A stretch of 64,000 nucleotides of DNA, from assembly GCA_965208125.1 (NCBI GenBank), contig OZ242320.1, positions 1,664,001 through 1,728,000 of the forward strand, read 5' to 3'. Shown one piece after another: positions 46,401-50,980 of this stretch. The stretch comes from Candidatus Latescibacterota bacterium. Its GTDB lineage: Bacteria; Latescibacterota; UBA2968. How positions within the stretch are numbered: the first letter of the stretch is position 1; each line of letters starts with the position of its first letter. Both the position numbers and the translations under genes were made by a program. The notes under the pieces are model-generated. The model worked only from the letters and a program-made list of their open reading frames with translations. It ran no database searches and had not been told where the DNA came from.

Positions 46401-48894
46401 TGTTTCGTTTGACCAGTCACATTACATAGCAACAGAGGGTGAGGGTACAGTGACAGTCACTGTATCCCTGAGTGCAGATCCCGAGCGCCGTGTAGAGATT
46501 CCACTATTGGTAACACCTGACAATGGCGCAACACAGGCAGACTATACAGATGTGCCTGAGCAGATTGTCTTTGATCGCGGAGAAACAAAGAAGACCTTTG
46601 ACCTGATGGCTATTGACGATAATGTAGATGATGACGGCGAGACCATAACCCTCAACTTTGGCACATTGCCGGATGGGGTGAATAATGGCGGATCGACTCT
46701 GGTATCTCTTATGAATAACGATGAACGCGGTGTGATCGTGTCTGTAGCAGCGTTGGCAATTTTCGAAGGGGATACTGGCACTTACACAGTGGTGCTACTT
46801 AGCGCGCCGACAGCACCTGTGACGCTACAAATATCTGGGATGGAAAATACAGATTTGTCAGTTGATATGCCACAGATCACATTCACAGCAGCAAACTATA
46901 ATATACCACAGGAAGTGGTGGTACGTGCATACGCAGACGATGATGCAATCGTAGATGATGGTGTGACCCTGCATCATGCGATAAGCGGAGGAGACTACGA
47001 CGAAGTGGTCGTAGCCCCTGTTGCTGTGGCGATCATAGAGAAGGATGTCCCTGTGTTGCGTATTGAGGATCAACGCGTGAGAGAAGATGCAGGAGAGATG
47101 GTGTTTACCGCGACGCTCAATATGCAAAGCAACCAGGAAGTACATGTGTCTTATGCGACTTCAAATCTTACGGCAGATGCGGGCAAAGATTATGAGGCGA
47201 CGCAGGGCACTTTGAACTTTGCAGCCCTGCAAACTCAGCAGACGTTCAGTGTGCCGATCATTGACGATGATCTGGACGAAGGGGATGAGACATTTACAGT
47301 AATTTTAAGCACACCGATGCATGTGACCATAAGCGAGGGCAAGGCGCGTGTATTTGGCACGATTGAAGAAGACGATACCCTACCTCGGTCAATGGAATTG
47401 TTTCTATCGAGTGTTGGGCGAATAGTGGCGACACAAACGGTAGATAACATCAGTCGGCGGTTTGAGGATCAGCGGTCAGGGATTCGGCCTTCGTTCACGC
47501 TGGGCGGACGCCCCCTGATACAATATGATAGCACGGAAAAATGGCACGCTGTGGCGGCACTGATACACAATTTTGCAGCAGCACTGGGCGCAGATATATG
47601 GATACCATCTCTCACACAGGGTCAGGGGTCTGCGAAGGCCATAGAGACGATGCCCCTGCTCGGCGAGAGTGGTCAGTTTGATAATATGGACACTTTATGG
47701 GATTCTCCGCTGCGTTTGCGGCGGGTTACACCGCGAGAAGTATTGTCGCGCAGCAACTTTGAACTGCCGCTAAATCGCTGGTATAAATGCAGCGGTTGGA
47801 CCCTGTGGGGACAAGGTGCAGAGAACGAGATTTCAGGTCAGCTGAATACTGCCCGCAGGATAAAGACCAATAGTGTTAGCGGATATCTCGGCATTGATTA
47901 TCGGTTCCGCGCAAATACGCTGGTCGGGCTGGCACTCACACACAGTGTGGGCAACTTCGACTACAATAAGGGTGCTAATCCCCCGCTCGTTCTATCCGAT
48001 TATAGTCTGACGAGTCTGGTGCCTTATGCCCACTATCAGATGAATCCAAAACTTGGATTTTGGGGGCTGTTGGGCCTGGGGCGAGGCAACGTTAATGTAA
48101 AACACGATGAAGAAACCGTCAACACGCCGCTGACCTTGCTGATGAGCGCAGCCGGTACCCATCATGATCTGGCTACCTATCGGCATATTGATCTGGCGAT
48201 CAAAACCGATGCCTTCTTTGTGACTGTGGCATCTGGGGCACATGCGAGTTTGCCAGAGATGCGGGAGAATGTAGAACGCTTGCGCGTGCTGTTAGAAGGG
48301 CGCAAGAGGCATGAGGTTGGTTCATCGTCTCAGCTTATCCAGAGTGTGGAGTTTGGAGGTCGTTGGGATCAAGGGCGCGTGGTATCCGGTGCTGGCCTGG
48401 ATGTTGGTGGCAGCGTGAAGTATGCACACACACGCGGCTTGAACCTGGAAGCACGCGGGCGATATTTGTTGGTGCATGAGCAGGCTCGCTATAAAGAATG
48501 GGGGGCGAGTCTGTCACTGCGGGTCAATCCAGGCTGGGACAAGCGCGGCCTGCTGTTGTCAGTAGCTCCTGTGTGGGGGGTGTCATCGCAAAGTGCCGGG
48601 GCCATGTGGAATAACACATCGAATTTGGGTGGTGGAACTGCATACAGGTCATCACAGGCACCGGGGATCAGACCTGACCGCACAGAAGTGAATTTGGGAT
48701 ACCGTTTTGTGAGACACACCAGAAGCGTGCTCATTGAGCCTTATGGTGGTTTGTCGCTTGATCGTCAGGGCTGGCGAAGGTATCACATGGGCTGGCGAAT
48801 AGAGCTGGATGAGCGAGCAAATATGAATTTTGAAGGCGATCAAAGCGCACAGGGACAAACTGCTATCCGACTTCGCGCCCACTTGATTTGGTAA
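22432..48894 (+). CDS. Giant repetitive Calx-beta / Ig-like adhesin with C-terminal autotransporter beta-domain (~8,750-8,820 aa)
   Basis: Uninterrupted 26.5-kb ORF. Signal peptide-like IILSFFVFLIFIAFGSIPAKA|Q; Calx-beta motifs (DxVDEDDETFLVQLS...GTITDND); C-terminal WTLWGQG...GYLGIDY...RAHLIW barrel. Start uncertain (GTG 22432 or ATG 22657). Confidence 0.85.
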   Translation: MKFINKRNLHASVGISIFLYRHSSSKNRSYTGVSIPVYQHGSQTQRYGNGRPAQCGIIPLSGSIWKSIILTVLCPMKITLNKPIKNKCLPPPPIIRSNWEKHRPPKPDKQTCFAQGECPKSVVGTTRTASREANGCKIILSFFVFLIFIAFGSIPAKAQSFSIADVNVAEGSVATFTVTRSGATGTTVSVKWNTANDADGDDPAEANDYTAQTTKQTLNFAIGDASKTFTVATTDDAVDEDDETFLVQLSEATGATITTATATGTITDNDTKGVTVEPTSVTVTEAAGSTRTATYTVVLTSQPTGNVTVEVASDDTDAATVDKSRLTFSTSTWSTAQTVTVTGVDNQLDDGTSRSATVEHTVSGADYAGEDASDVDVTVTDDDAAPTFSIADVNVAEGSVATFTVTRNGATGTTVSVKWNTANDASGTDPAEANDYTAQTTKQTLNFAIGDASKTFTVATTDDAVDENNETFLVQLSEASGATISDAEAVGTITDDDHAGMMVNDSATFVGESLSRPHTVWLTSEPTDDVTVTVTVDDENFLTASPEMLTFTTQNWNTAQTVTITPVDDDVFRGFPWKSFTYTAAGGGYDDFTHTVRVQIWDNDLWEWRTYPEASIQNESFRLGPASFETSLIYTLESRNENLATVSPSSFTVTHNENPPPDFSGDYPQEFTVTILDNDLVGDQTVELLGTFIRPSPTHPPNYRVFPPLLITITDNDRGVSLSANPNPVPEGSSVTVTATLTRALADTVGTIPVTIPVTLTAGTAESGDFGSLANINITIARAQASGTGTISITNDAIDEINETFSVGLGTLPSQFQPGSPNSVEVTITDDDTKGVTVAPTSLTVTEAAGTTHTATYTVVLTSQPTGNVTVEVESDDTDAATVDESTLTFSTSDWSTAQTVTVTGVDNNVDDGTSRSATVEHTVSGADYAGEDASDVDVTVTDDDAAPSFSIADVSVTEGSAATFTVTRSGATGTTVSVKWNTANDADGDDPAEANDYTAVSTKQTLSFGVGVTSLTFNVQTTNDSVDEGDETFLVQLSEASAGTSITDDEAVGTITDNDTKGVTVDPTSLTVTEAAGSTRTATYTVVLTSQPTGNVTVEVASDDTDAATVDKSRLTFSTSTWSTAQTVTVTGVDNNVDDGASRSATVEHAVSGADYAGEDASDVDVTVTDDDAAPTFSIADVSVTEGSAATFTVTRSGATGTTVSVKWNTANDASGTDPAEANDYTAVSTKQTLNFAIGDASKTFNVQTTNDSVDEDDETFLVQLSEATGATISTATATGTITDNDTKGVTVAPTSLTVTEAAGSTRTATYTVVLTSQPTGNVTVEVESDDTDAATVDESTLTFSTSDWSTAQTVTVTGVDNNVDDGTSRSATVEHTVSGADYAGEDAPDVDVTVTDDDAAPSFSIADVSVTEGSTATFTVIRSGATGTTVSVKWNTANDATGDDPAEANDYTAQTTKQTLSFGVGITSLTFSVQTTNDSVDEDDETFLVQLSEASAGTSITDDEAVGTITDNDTKGVTVAPTSLTVTEAAGTTRTATYTVVLTSQPTGNVTVEVASDDTDAATVDKSRLTFSTSTWSTAQTVTVTGVDNQLDDGTSRSATVEHTVSGADYAGEDASDVDVTVTDDDAAPTFSIADVSVTEGSVATFTVTRSGATGTTVSVKWNTANDADGDDPAESNDYTAQTTKQTLSFGVGITSLTFSVQTTNDSVDEDDETFLVQLSEASAGTSITDDEAVGTITDNDTKGVTVAPTSLTVTEAAGSTRTATYTVVLTSQPTGNVTVEVASDDTDAATVDKSRLTFSTSTWSTAQTVTVTGVDNNVDDGASRSATIENEVSGADYASVEASDVDVTVTDDDAAPSFSIADVSVTEGSAATFTVTRSGATGTTVSVKWNTANDASGTDPAEANDYTAQTTKQTLNFAIGDASKTFTVATTNDAVDEGDETFLVQLSEATGATITDAEAVGTITDNDTKGVTVDPTSVTVTEAAGSTRTATYTVVLTSQPTGNVTVEVASDDTDAATVDESRLTFSTSTWSTAQTVTVTGVDNQLDDGTSRSATVEHTVSGADYAGVDASDVDVTVTDDDAAPTFSIADVSVTEGSAATFTVTRSGATGTTVSVKWNTANDATGDDPAEANDYTAQTTKQTLSFGVGITSLTFSVQTTNDSVDEDDETFLVQLSEASTGTSITDDEAVGTITDNDTKGVTVAPTSLTVTEAAGTTRTATYTVVLTSQPTGNVTVEVASDDTDAATVDKSRLTFSTSTWSTAQTVTVTGVDNNVDDGASRSATVEHTVSGADYAGVDASDVDVTVTDDDAEPTFSIADVSVTEGSAATFTVIRSGATGTTVSVKWNTANDGDGDDPAEANDYTAVSTKQTLSFGVGVTSQTFNVQTTNDAVDEDDETFLVQLSEATGATISTATATGTITDNDTKGVTVDPTSVTVTEAAGSTRTATYTVVLTSQPTGNVTVEVASDDTDAATVDESRLTFSTSTWSTAQTVTVTGVDNQLDDGTSRSATVEHTVSGADYAGVDASDVDVTVTDDDAAPTFSIADVSVTEGSAATFTVIRSGATGTAVSVKWNTADDASGTDPAEANDYTAVSTKQTLNFAIGDASKTFNVQTTNDSVDEDDETFLVELSEATGATISTATATGTITDNDTKGVTVDPTSLTVTEAAGSTRTATYTVVLTSQPTGNVTVEVASDDTDAATVDKSRLTFSTSTWSTAQTVTVTGVDNQLDDGTSRSATIENEVSGADYASVEASDVDVTVTDDDAAPTFSIADVSVTEGSAATFTVTRSGATGTTVSVKWNTANDASGTDPAEANDYTAQTTKQTLNFAIGDASKTFTVATTNDAVDEGDETFLVQLSEATGATITDAEAVGTITDNDTKGVTVDPTSVTVTEAAGSTRTATYTVVLTSQPTGNVTVEVASDDTDAATVDKSRLTFSTSTWSTAQTVTVTGVDNQLDDGTSRSATVEHTVSGADYAGEDASDVDVTVTDDDAAPTFSIADVSVTEGSAATFTVTRSGATGTAVSVKWNTADDASGTDPAESNDYTAQTSKQTLNFAIGDASKTFTVATTNDAVDEGDETFLVQLSEATGATISDAEAVGTITDNDTKGVTVAPTSLTVTEAAGSTRTATYTVVLTSQPTGNVTVEVESDDTDIATVDESTLTFSTSTWSTAQTVTVTGVDNNVDDGTSRSATVEHTVSGADYAGEDASDVDVTVTDDDAAPTFSIADVSVTEGSAATFTVTRNGATGTAVSVKWNTANDASGTDPAESNDYTAQTTKQTLSFGVGITSLTFSVQTTNDSVDEDDETFLVELSEASAGTSITDAEAVGTITDNDTKGVTVTPTSVTVTEAAGTTRTATYTVVLTSQPTGNVTVEVASDDTDAATVDKSRLTFSTSTWSTAQTVTVTGVDNQLDDGASRSATIEHMVSGADYAGEDASDVDVTVTDDDTAPAFSIGDVSVTEGSVATFTVTRSGALGSVASVKWNTADDASGTDPAESNDYTAQTTKQTLSFGANDAIKTFTVATTNDAVDEDDETFLVQLSEASTGTSITDAEAVGTITDNDTKGVTVAPTSVTVTEAAGNTRTATYTVVLTSQPTGNVTVEVASDDTDAATVDKSRLTFSTSTWSTAQTVTVTGVDNNVDDGASRSATVEHTVSGADYASVDASDVDVTVTDDDAAPTFSIADVSVTEGSAATFTVTRSGATGTAVSVKWNTANDASGTDPAEANDYTAVSTKQTLSFGVGVTSQTFNVQTTNDSVDEDDETFLVQLSEASTGTSITDAEAVGTITDNDTKGVTVAPTSLTVTEAAGNTRTATYTVVLTSQPTGSVTVAVESDDTDAATVDESTLTFSTSDWSTAQTVTVTGVDNQLDDGASRSATVEHTVSGADYAGVDASDVDVTVTDDDAAPTFSIADVSVTEGSAATFTVTRSGATGTTVSVKWNTANDATGDDPAEANDYTAQTTKQTLSFGVGITSLTFSVQTTNDSVDEDDETFLVQLSEASTGTSITDDEAVGTITDNDTKGVTVAPTSLTVTEAAGTTRTATYTVVLTSQPTGNVTVEVASDDTDAATVDKSRLTFSTSTWSTAQTVTVTGVDNNVDDGASRSATVEHTVSGADYAGVDASDVDVTVTDDDAEPTFSIADVSVTEGSAATFTVIRSGATGTTVSVKWNTANDGDGDDPAEANDYTAVSTKQTLSFGVGVTSQTFNVQTTNDAVDEDDETFLVQLSEATGATISTATATGTITDNDTKGVTVDPTSVTVTEAAGSTRTATYTVVLTSQPTGNVTVEVASDDTDAATVDESRLTFSTSTWSTAQTVTVTGVDNQLDDGASRSATVEHTVSGADYAGVDASDVDVTVTDDDAAPTFSIADVSVTEGSAATFTVTRSGATGTTVSVKWNTANDATGDDPAEANDYTAQTTKQTLSFGVGITSLTFSVQTTNDSVDEDDETFLVQLSEASTGTSITDDEAVGTITDNDTKGVTVAPTSLTVTEAAGTTRTATYTVVLTSQPTGNVTVEVASDDTDAATVDKSRLTFSTSTWSTAQTVTVTGVDNNVDDGASRSATVEHTVSGADYAGVDASDVDVTVTDDDAEPTFSIADVSVTEGSAATFTVIRSGATGTTVSVKWNTANDGDGDDPAEANDYTAVSTKQTLSFGVGVTSQTFNVQTTNDAVDEDDETFLVQLSEATGATISTATATGTITDNDTKGVTVDPTSVTVTEAAGSTRTATYTVVLTSQPTGNVTVEVASDDTDAATVDESRLTFSTSTWSTAQTVTVTGVDNQLDDGTSRSATVEHTVSGADYAGVDASDVDVTVTDDDAAPTFSIADVSVTEGSAATFTVIRSGATGTAVSVKWNTADDASGTDPAEANDYTAVSTKQTLNFAIGDASKTFNVQTTNDAVDEGDETFLVQLSEATGATITDAEAVGTITDNDTKGVTVDPTSVTVTEAAGSTRTATYTVVLTSQPTGNVTVEVASDDTDAATVDKSRLTFSTSTWSTAQTVTVTGVDNQLDDGTSRSATVEHTVSGADYAGEDASDVDVTVTDDDAAPTFSIADVSVTEGSAATFTVTRSGATGTAVSVKWNTADDASGTDPAESNDYTAQTSKQTLNFAIGDASKTFTVATTNDAVDEGDETFLVQLSEATGATISDAEAVGTITDNDTKGVTVAPTSLTVTEAAGSTRTATYTVVLTSQPTGNVTVEVESDDTDIATVDESTLTFSTSTWSTAQTVTVTGVDNNVDDGTSRSATVEHTVSGADYAGEDASDVDVTVTDDDAAPTFSIADVSVTEGSAATFTVTRSGATGTTVSVKWNTANDATGDDPAEANDYTAQTTKQTLSFGANDAIKTFTVATTNDAVDEDDETFLVQLSEASAGTSITDAEAVGTITDNDTKGVTVDPTSLTVTEAAGTTRTATYTVVLTSQPTGNVTVEVASDDTDAATVDKSRLTFSTSNWSTAQTVTVTGVDNNVDDGTSRSATVEHTVSGADYAGEDASDVDVTVTDDDAAPTFSIADVSVTEGSAATFTVTRNGATGTAVSVKWNTANDASGTDPAESNDYTAQTTKQTLSFGVGITSLTFSVQTTNDSVDEDDETFLVELSEASAGTSITDAEAVGTITDNDTKGVTVTPTSVTVTEAAGTTRTATYTVVLTSQPTGNVTVEVASDDTDAATVDKSRLTFSTSTWSTAQTVTVTGVDNQLDDGASRSATIEHMVSGADYAGEDASDVDVTVTDDDTAPAFSIGDVSVTEGSVATFTVTRSGALGSVASVKWNTADDASGTDPAESNDYTAQTTKQTLSFGANDAIKTFTVATTNDAVDEDDETFLVQLSEASTGTSITDAEAVGTITDNDTKGVTVAPTSVTVTEAAGNTRTATYTVVLTSQPTGNVTVEVASDDTDAATVDKSRLTFSTSTWSTAQTVTVTGVDNNVDDGASRSATVEHTVSGADYASVDASDVDVTVTDDDAAPTFSIADVSVTEGSAATFTVTRSGATGTAVSVKWNTANDASGTDPAEANDYTAVSTKQTLSFGVGVTSQTFNVQTTNDSVDEDDETFLVQLSEASTGTSITDAEAVGTITDNDTKGVTVAPTSLTVTEAAGNTRTATYTVVLTSQPTGSVTVAVESDDTDAATVDESTLTFSTSDWSTAQTVTVTGVDNQLDDGASRSATIEHMVSGADYAGEDASDVDVTVTDDDTAPAFSIGDVSVTEGSVATFTVTRSGALGSVASVKWNTADDASGTDPAESNDYTAQTSKQTLSFGANDAIKTFTVATTNDAVDEDDETFLVQLSEATGATISDAEAVGTITDNDTKGVTVTPTSLTVTEAAGNTRTATYTVVLTSQPTGSVTIGVESDDTDVATVDESTLTFSTSTWSTAQTVTVTGVDNQLDDGASRGATIDHAVSGADYASVDASDVDVTVTDDDAEPSFTIIEPMPVVSISPTSQIESAGTIVFSVQLSRASQQIIKMLCTSVDETAVAGEDYEAAMDTLKIAPNTMSGEIEMRLFDDDEVEGDETFKMVLSDLMNAEFAGNAQTISERATIIDDDEPDVMVSFYQSHYTISEGGKAVQIRVDISSGLEDRVELPLSVVHRNGATKADYSGVPEKIVFETWDDFKTFEVRAIDDDDDDDDEVVILDFDAPLPDGISTGGSTTIEIIDNDDPLVTVFYGKENYEIVEGGTKKLLSVHLSAAPLRRVEIPLLAVPANGATQADYSPIPERIIFMPDQIERTFVVSAIDDDDDDDGETVSLGFGPLPDRVNEGSLSTLHIIDNDNPVVTVSFDQSHYIATEGEGAVTITVSLSADPKRRVEIPLLVTPDNGATQADYTDVPEQIVFDRGETKKTFDLMAIDDNVDDDGETITLNFGTLPDGVNNGGSASVALVDNDDPVVTVSFDQSHYTATEGEGAVTITVSLSADPKRRVEIPLLVTPDNGATQADYTDVPEQIVFDRGETKKTFDLMAIDDNVDDDGETITLNFGTLPDGVNNGGSASVALVDNDDPVVTVSFDQSHYTATEGEGAVTITVSLSADPKRRVEIPLLVTPDNGATQADYTDVPEQIVFDRGETKKTFDLMAIDDNVDDDGETITLNFGTLPDGVNNGGSASVALVDNDDPVVTVSFDQSHYTATEGEGAVTITVSLSADPKRRVEIPLLVTPDNGATQADYTDVPEQIVFDRGETKKTFDLMAIDDNVDDDGETITLNFGTLPDGVNNGGSASVALVDNDDPVVTVSFDQSHYTATEGEGAVTITVSLSADPKRRVEIPLLVTPDNGATQADYTGVPEQIVFESGETVKTFALLATDDDVDDDGETITLRFGTLPDGVNNGGSASVALVDNDDPVVTVSFDQSHYIATEGEGTVTVTVSLSADPERRVEIPLLVTPDNGATQADYTGVPEQIVFESGETVKTFALLATDDNVDDDGETITLNFGTLPDGVNNGGSASVALVDNDDPVVTVSFDQSHYTATEGEGAVTITVSLSADPKRRVEIPLLVTPDNGATQADYTDVPEQIVFDRGETKKTFDLMAIDDNVDDDGETITLNFGTLPDGVNNGGSASVALVDNDDPVVTVSFDQSHYTATEGEGAVTITVSLSADPKRRVEIPLLVTPDNGATQADYTGVPEQIVFESGETVKTFALLATDDDVDDDGETITLRFGTLPDGVNNGGSASVALVDNDDPVVTVSFDQSHYIATEGEGTVTVTVSLSADPERRVEIPLLVTPDNGATQADYTGVPEQIVFESGETVKTFALLATDDNVDDDGETITLNFGTLPDGVNNGGSASVALVDNDDPVVTVSFDQSHYIATEGEGTVTVTVSLSADPERRVEIPLLVTPDNGATQADYTGVPEQIVFESGETVKTFALLATDDNVDDDGETITLNFGTLPDGVNNGGSASVALVDNDDPVVTVSFDQSHYIATEGEGTVTVTVSLSADPERRVEIPLLVTPDNGATQADYTGVPEQIVFESGETVKTFALLATDDNVDDDGETITLNFGTLPDGVNNGGSASVALVDNDDPVVTVSFDQSHYIATEGEGTVTVTVSLSADPERRVEIPLLVTPDNGATQADYTDVPEQIVFDRGETKKTFDLMAIDDNVDDDGETITLNFGTLPDGVNNGGSTLVSLMNNDERGVIVSVAALAIFEGDTGTYTVVLLSAPTAPVTLQISGMENTDLSVDMPQITFTAANYNIPQEVVVRAYADDDAIVDDGVTLHHAISGGDYDEVVVAPVAVAIIEKDVPVLRIEDQRVREDAGEMVFTATLNMQSNQEVHVSYATSNLTADAGKDYEATQGTLNFAALQTQQTFSVPIIDDDLDEGDETFTVILSTPMHVTISEGKARVFGTIEEDDTLPRSMELFLSSVGRIVATQTVDNISRRFEDQRSGIRPSFTLGGRPLIQYDSTEKWHAVAALIHNFAAALGADIWIPSLTQGQGSAKAIETMPLLGESGQFDNMDTLWDSPLRLRRVTPREVLSRSNFELPLNRWYKCSGWTLWGQGAENEISGQLNTARRIKTNSVSGYLGIDYRFRANTLVGLALTHSVGNFDYNKGANPPLVLSDYSLTSLVPYAHYQMNPKLGFWGLLGLGRGNVNVKHDEETVNTPLTLLMSAAGTHHDLATYRHIDLAIKTDAFFVTVASGAHASLPEMRENVERLRVLLEGRKRHEVGSSSQLIQSVEFGGRWDQGRVVSGAGLDVGGSVKYAHTRGLNLEARGRYLLVHEQARYKEWGASLSLRVNPGWDKRGLLLSVAPVWGVSSQSAGAMWNNTSNLGGGTAYRSSQAPGIRPDRTEVNLGYRFVRHTRSVLIEPYGGLSLDRQGWRRYHMGWRIELDERANMNFEGDQSAQGQTAIRLRAHLIW
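22699..22710 (+). repeat. C12 homopolymer in the adhesin leader
   Basis: TTTA-CCCCCCCCCCCC-ATAA, in frame as PPPP. Confidence 0.9.
22909..41663 (+). repeat. Tandem 681/684-bp units (Calx-beta plus Ig/cadherin-like two-domain, ~26 copies)
   Basis: Periodicity is visible in the sequence and in recurring antisense ORFs (25215, 25899, 26580 ... 40917, 41598). Interrupted once at about 23920-24925. Confidence 0.95.
42690..46725 (+). repeat. Tandem 336-bp (112-aa) Calx-beta-like units, 12 copies
   Basis: PVVTVSFDQSHY...ALVDNDD repeated with a period of 336 nt. Confidence 0.95.
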
Positions 48895-48930
48895 AACATC
48901 ACTCAGAGGAACATTTTGTCGGTTTCTCAA

Positions 48931-49905
48931 CTACGCGCGGGACGCGCCCAGAGTTTCGAGAACTTGCTTGGGAATTTTGCAAACAAAAGTATAAGCGGGA
49001 TCGTACATATTGCCCATATCGTATTCGACCGCCTCCCCCAGCAACACATGCACGGTGCGCTCATCCAACCCAAAATCCGACACGAGCCAGCGGATCATTT
49101 CAGTAGTCGCGTGCTCCACGCACTGATCGAGCGGACGGGCATTGCCCACCGTAAAAATATGCGTCTCATTTTCACCCCGCGGCCAGTTAATCGTCTTGCC
49201 CTTGTGCAGATGAACCGTAAAACGGACATCAAAAGAAATTTCAACACCCGTACCTACAATTTCACCATCGCCCTGAAGCGCGTGCCCATCGCCAATGTGA
49301 AAAAGCGCGCCCGCGACAAAAACCGGCAAATAAACCGTCGTACCCTCGTTGAAACGCTTGTAATCCATATTCCCACCGTGCGTGGATGACGTCGCAGTCG
49401 AAATCGCCTGACCCCGCGGCGGCGCAACCCCAAAACATCCGGGATGCGGATTGAGTGGCAAAATCAGATCGCTCAACGGACGGGGCGCTGGGCTGCCATA
49501 ACCGGGCGTGGTATGATCGCGGTTGCGGGAAACCTCTACCGGGCGTGCCGTGCGATTTTCAAAATCCATCTCCCACAAAACCCGCGAAATATCATCCTCA
49601 AACCTGGGCACATAACCCGGATCGAGCACATTGGGCGCAACGCGCGCAGACGTATAACCATGCGAGCGATTGGGCATCAAATAATCAAACACAACCGAAA
49701 TCGAATCCCCCGGCTCTGCACCCTCAATATAAAAAGGTCCCGTCTGGGGATTGCCGCCCTCCGTCACTTGCTCACCCGTCATATCCCTCCCACCCGCACA
49801 AACCGTCGTCGTCGAAAGCGTATCGCCACTTGCAATGGTAAGAACCGGGTCGTGTGATCCGATGGTCGTGTGATAATGCGTAGGGCTAAAGTTGTGATGT
49901 GCCAT
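48931..49905 (-). CDS. Acetamidase/formamidase family protein
   Basis: NPQTGPFYIEGAEPGD, HGGNMD and GDGHALQGDGEI motifs; start chosen by SD AGGAG. Confidence 0.9.
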   Translation of the reverse strand: MAHHNFSPTHYHTTIGSHDPVLTIASGDTLSTTTVCAGGRDMTGEQVTEGGNPQTGPFYIEGAEPGDSISVVFDYLMPNRSHGYTSARVAPNVLDPGYVPRFEDDISRVLWEMDFENRTARPVEVSRNRDHTTPGYGSPAPRPLSDLILPLNPHPGCFGVAPPRGQAISTATSSTHGGNMDYKRFNEGTTVYLPVFVAGALFHIGDGHALQGDGEIVGTGVEISFDVRFTVHLHKGKTINWPRGENETHIFTVGNARPLDQCVEHATTEMIRWLVSDFGLDERTVHVLLGEAVEYDMGNMYDPAYTFVCKIPKQVLETLGASRA

Positions 49906-49921
49906 AAATGCTCCTAAGTCT

Positions 49922-50833
49922 TCATGCAATCATCCGTATCTTCTCCTGCGCCTCCCATACACCCACCCATGACTTACCCCGGTCCTCACTGGTATAAAGC
50001 ATCTTATCCACAGCAGCCCATGCACACCCATCCTTTGAAAACGCGATATGGAACGTATCGATATTGTGCGGAACCGTACCTGGAAAACCCTCAGTCACAT
50101 GCTCCCATGTACTCCCCGCATCATCCGATCTGTAAAGCTGTCCCGAAGCCTCTCCATGTGGACCTCTGCTCACCGTAGCCAGCACACAATCCGGATCATC
50201 GGGATGCACGGCAATAGCGCGACCGTAATAATAGGGAAAACCCTCAGACCGGTGGGACCACGACCTCCCGCGATCATCGCTCACAAACACCGCACGCGCC
50301 GTATTCGCATACACGCGGTCGTCATCCCGGGGCGAAGTAGCCACCTGGTGAACATCATCGTGCAAATCCGGCGTCACGGGTTCCCATGTCTCACCGCAAT
50401 CTGCCGAACGCATAATACTACCCACGTGAATATCGGCATAAACCCAGCCATCCGTTGTCCTGGCAAAACTGCGCACATCTGGCGGACCGCCCCAGGGCGT
50501 GTACCATTTCTCGCGCACCGGCAACTGGTCAAAACACTCAACCCGATGCGTCTTCCCATCATCATAACAATAAATACGAGATTCTCCCGTACCGATAAGC
50601 AAGCGCAGGGGTTCTTCGTCAACAATAATCAAACACTCAATATCCTCTTCAATACCCGTAGCAACCGTCTGGGACTCCGTTTCGGTACACACAAACAAAT
50701 CGCCACTCTTGAGAGCGACAACGCGATAAACCTCGCCTTTGGCAAGCGCGGCAACATCGCCCTCTACAATCTGCACAGGAGCGTCCTGCTCCTCAAAACC
50801 CGCATGCACTGTTCGCGACGTAGCAATCAACAT
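49922..50833 (-). CDS. BNR/Asp-box beta-propeller protein (YCF48-like)
   Basis: Repeated SxDxGxxW boxes (SADCGETW, SDDRGRSW, SDDAGSTW, SEDRGKSW). Confidence 0.85.
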   Translation of the reverse strand: MLIATSRTVHAGFEEQDAPVQIVEGDVAALAKGEVYRVVALKSGDLFVCTETESQTVATGIEEDIECLIIVDEEPLRLLIGTGESRIYCYDDGKTHRVECFDQLPVREKWYTPWGGPPDVRSFARTTDGWVYADIHVGSIMRSADCGETWEPVTPDLHDDVHQVATSPRDDDRVYANTARAVFVSDDRGRSWSHRSEGFPYYYGRAIAVHPDDPDCVLATVSRGPHGEASGQLYRSDDAGSTWEHVTEGFPGTVPHNIDTFHIAFSKDGCAWAAVDKMLYTSEDRGKSWVGVWEAQEKIRMIA

Positions 50834-50980
50834 AACGCACCTCCATGTTTAAGTTTAAAAGCAATTTAACGGATCGCCCCACCACTGTAAACCCCAAAAT
50901 CCATAGCCTAGCAATTCTAAAAACTTGACAAACACAGAAATGTCGGATTATTTGTATTCTACATAAAGGAGATCAATACC

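Noticed and set aside
22909-46725. Possible CRISPR array or DGR template/variable repeats
   Set aside because: Units are 336-684 bp in-frame protein domains with no unique spacers. No cas or reverse transcriptase gene is present, and differences are not adenine-specific.
22773-47450. Dozens of repeated short minus-strand ORFs within the giant gene
   Set aside because: They are antisense shadows of the coding repeats and recur at the same period.
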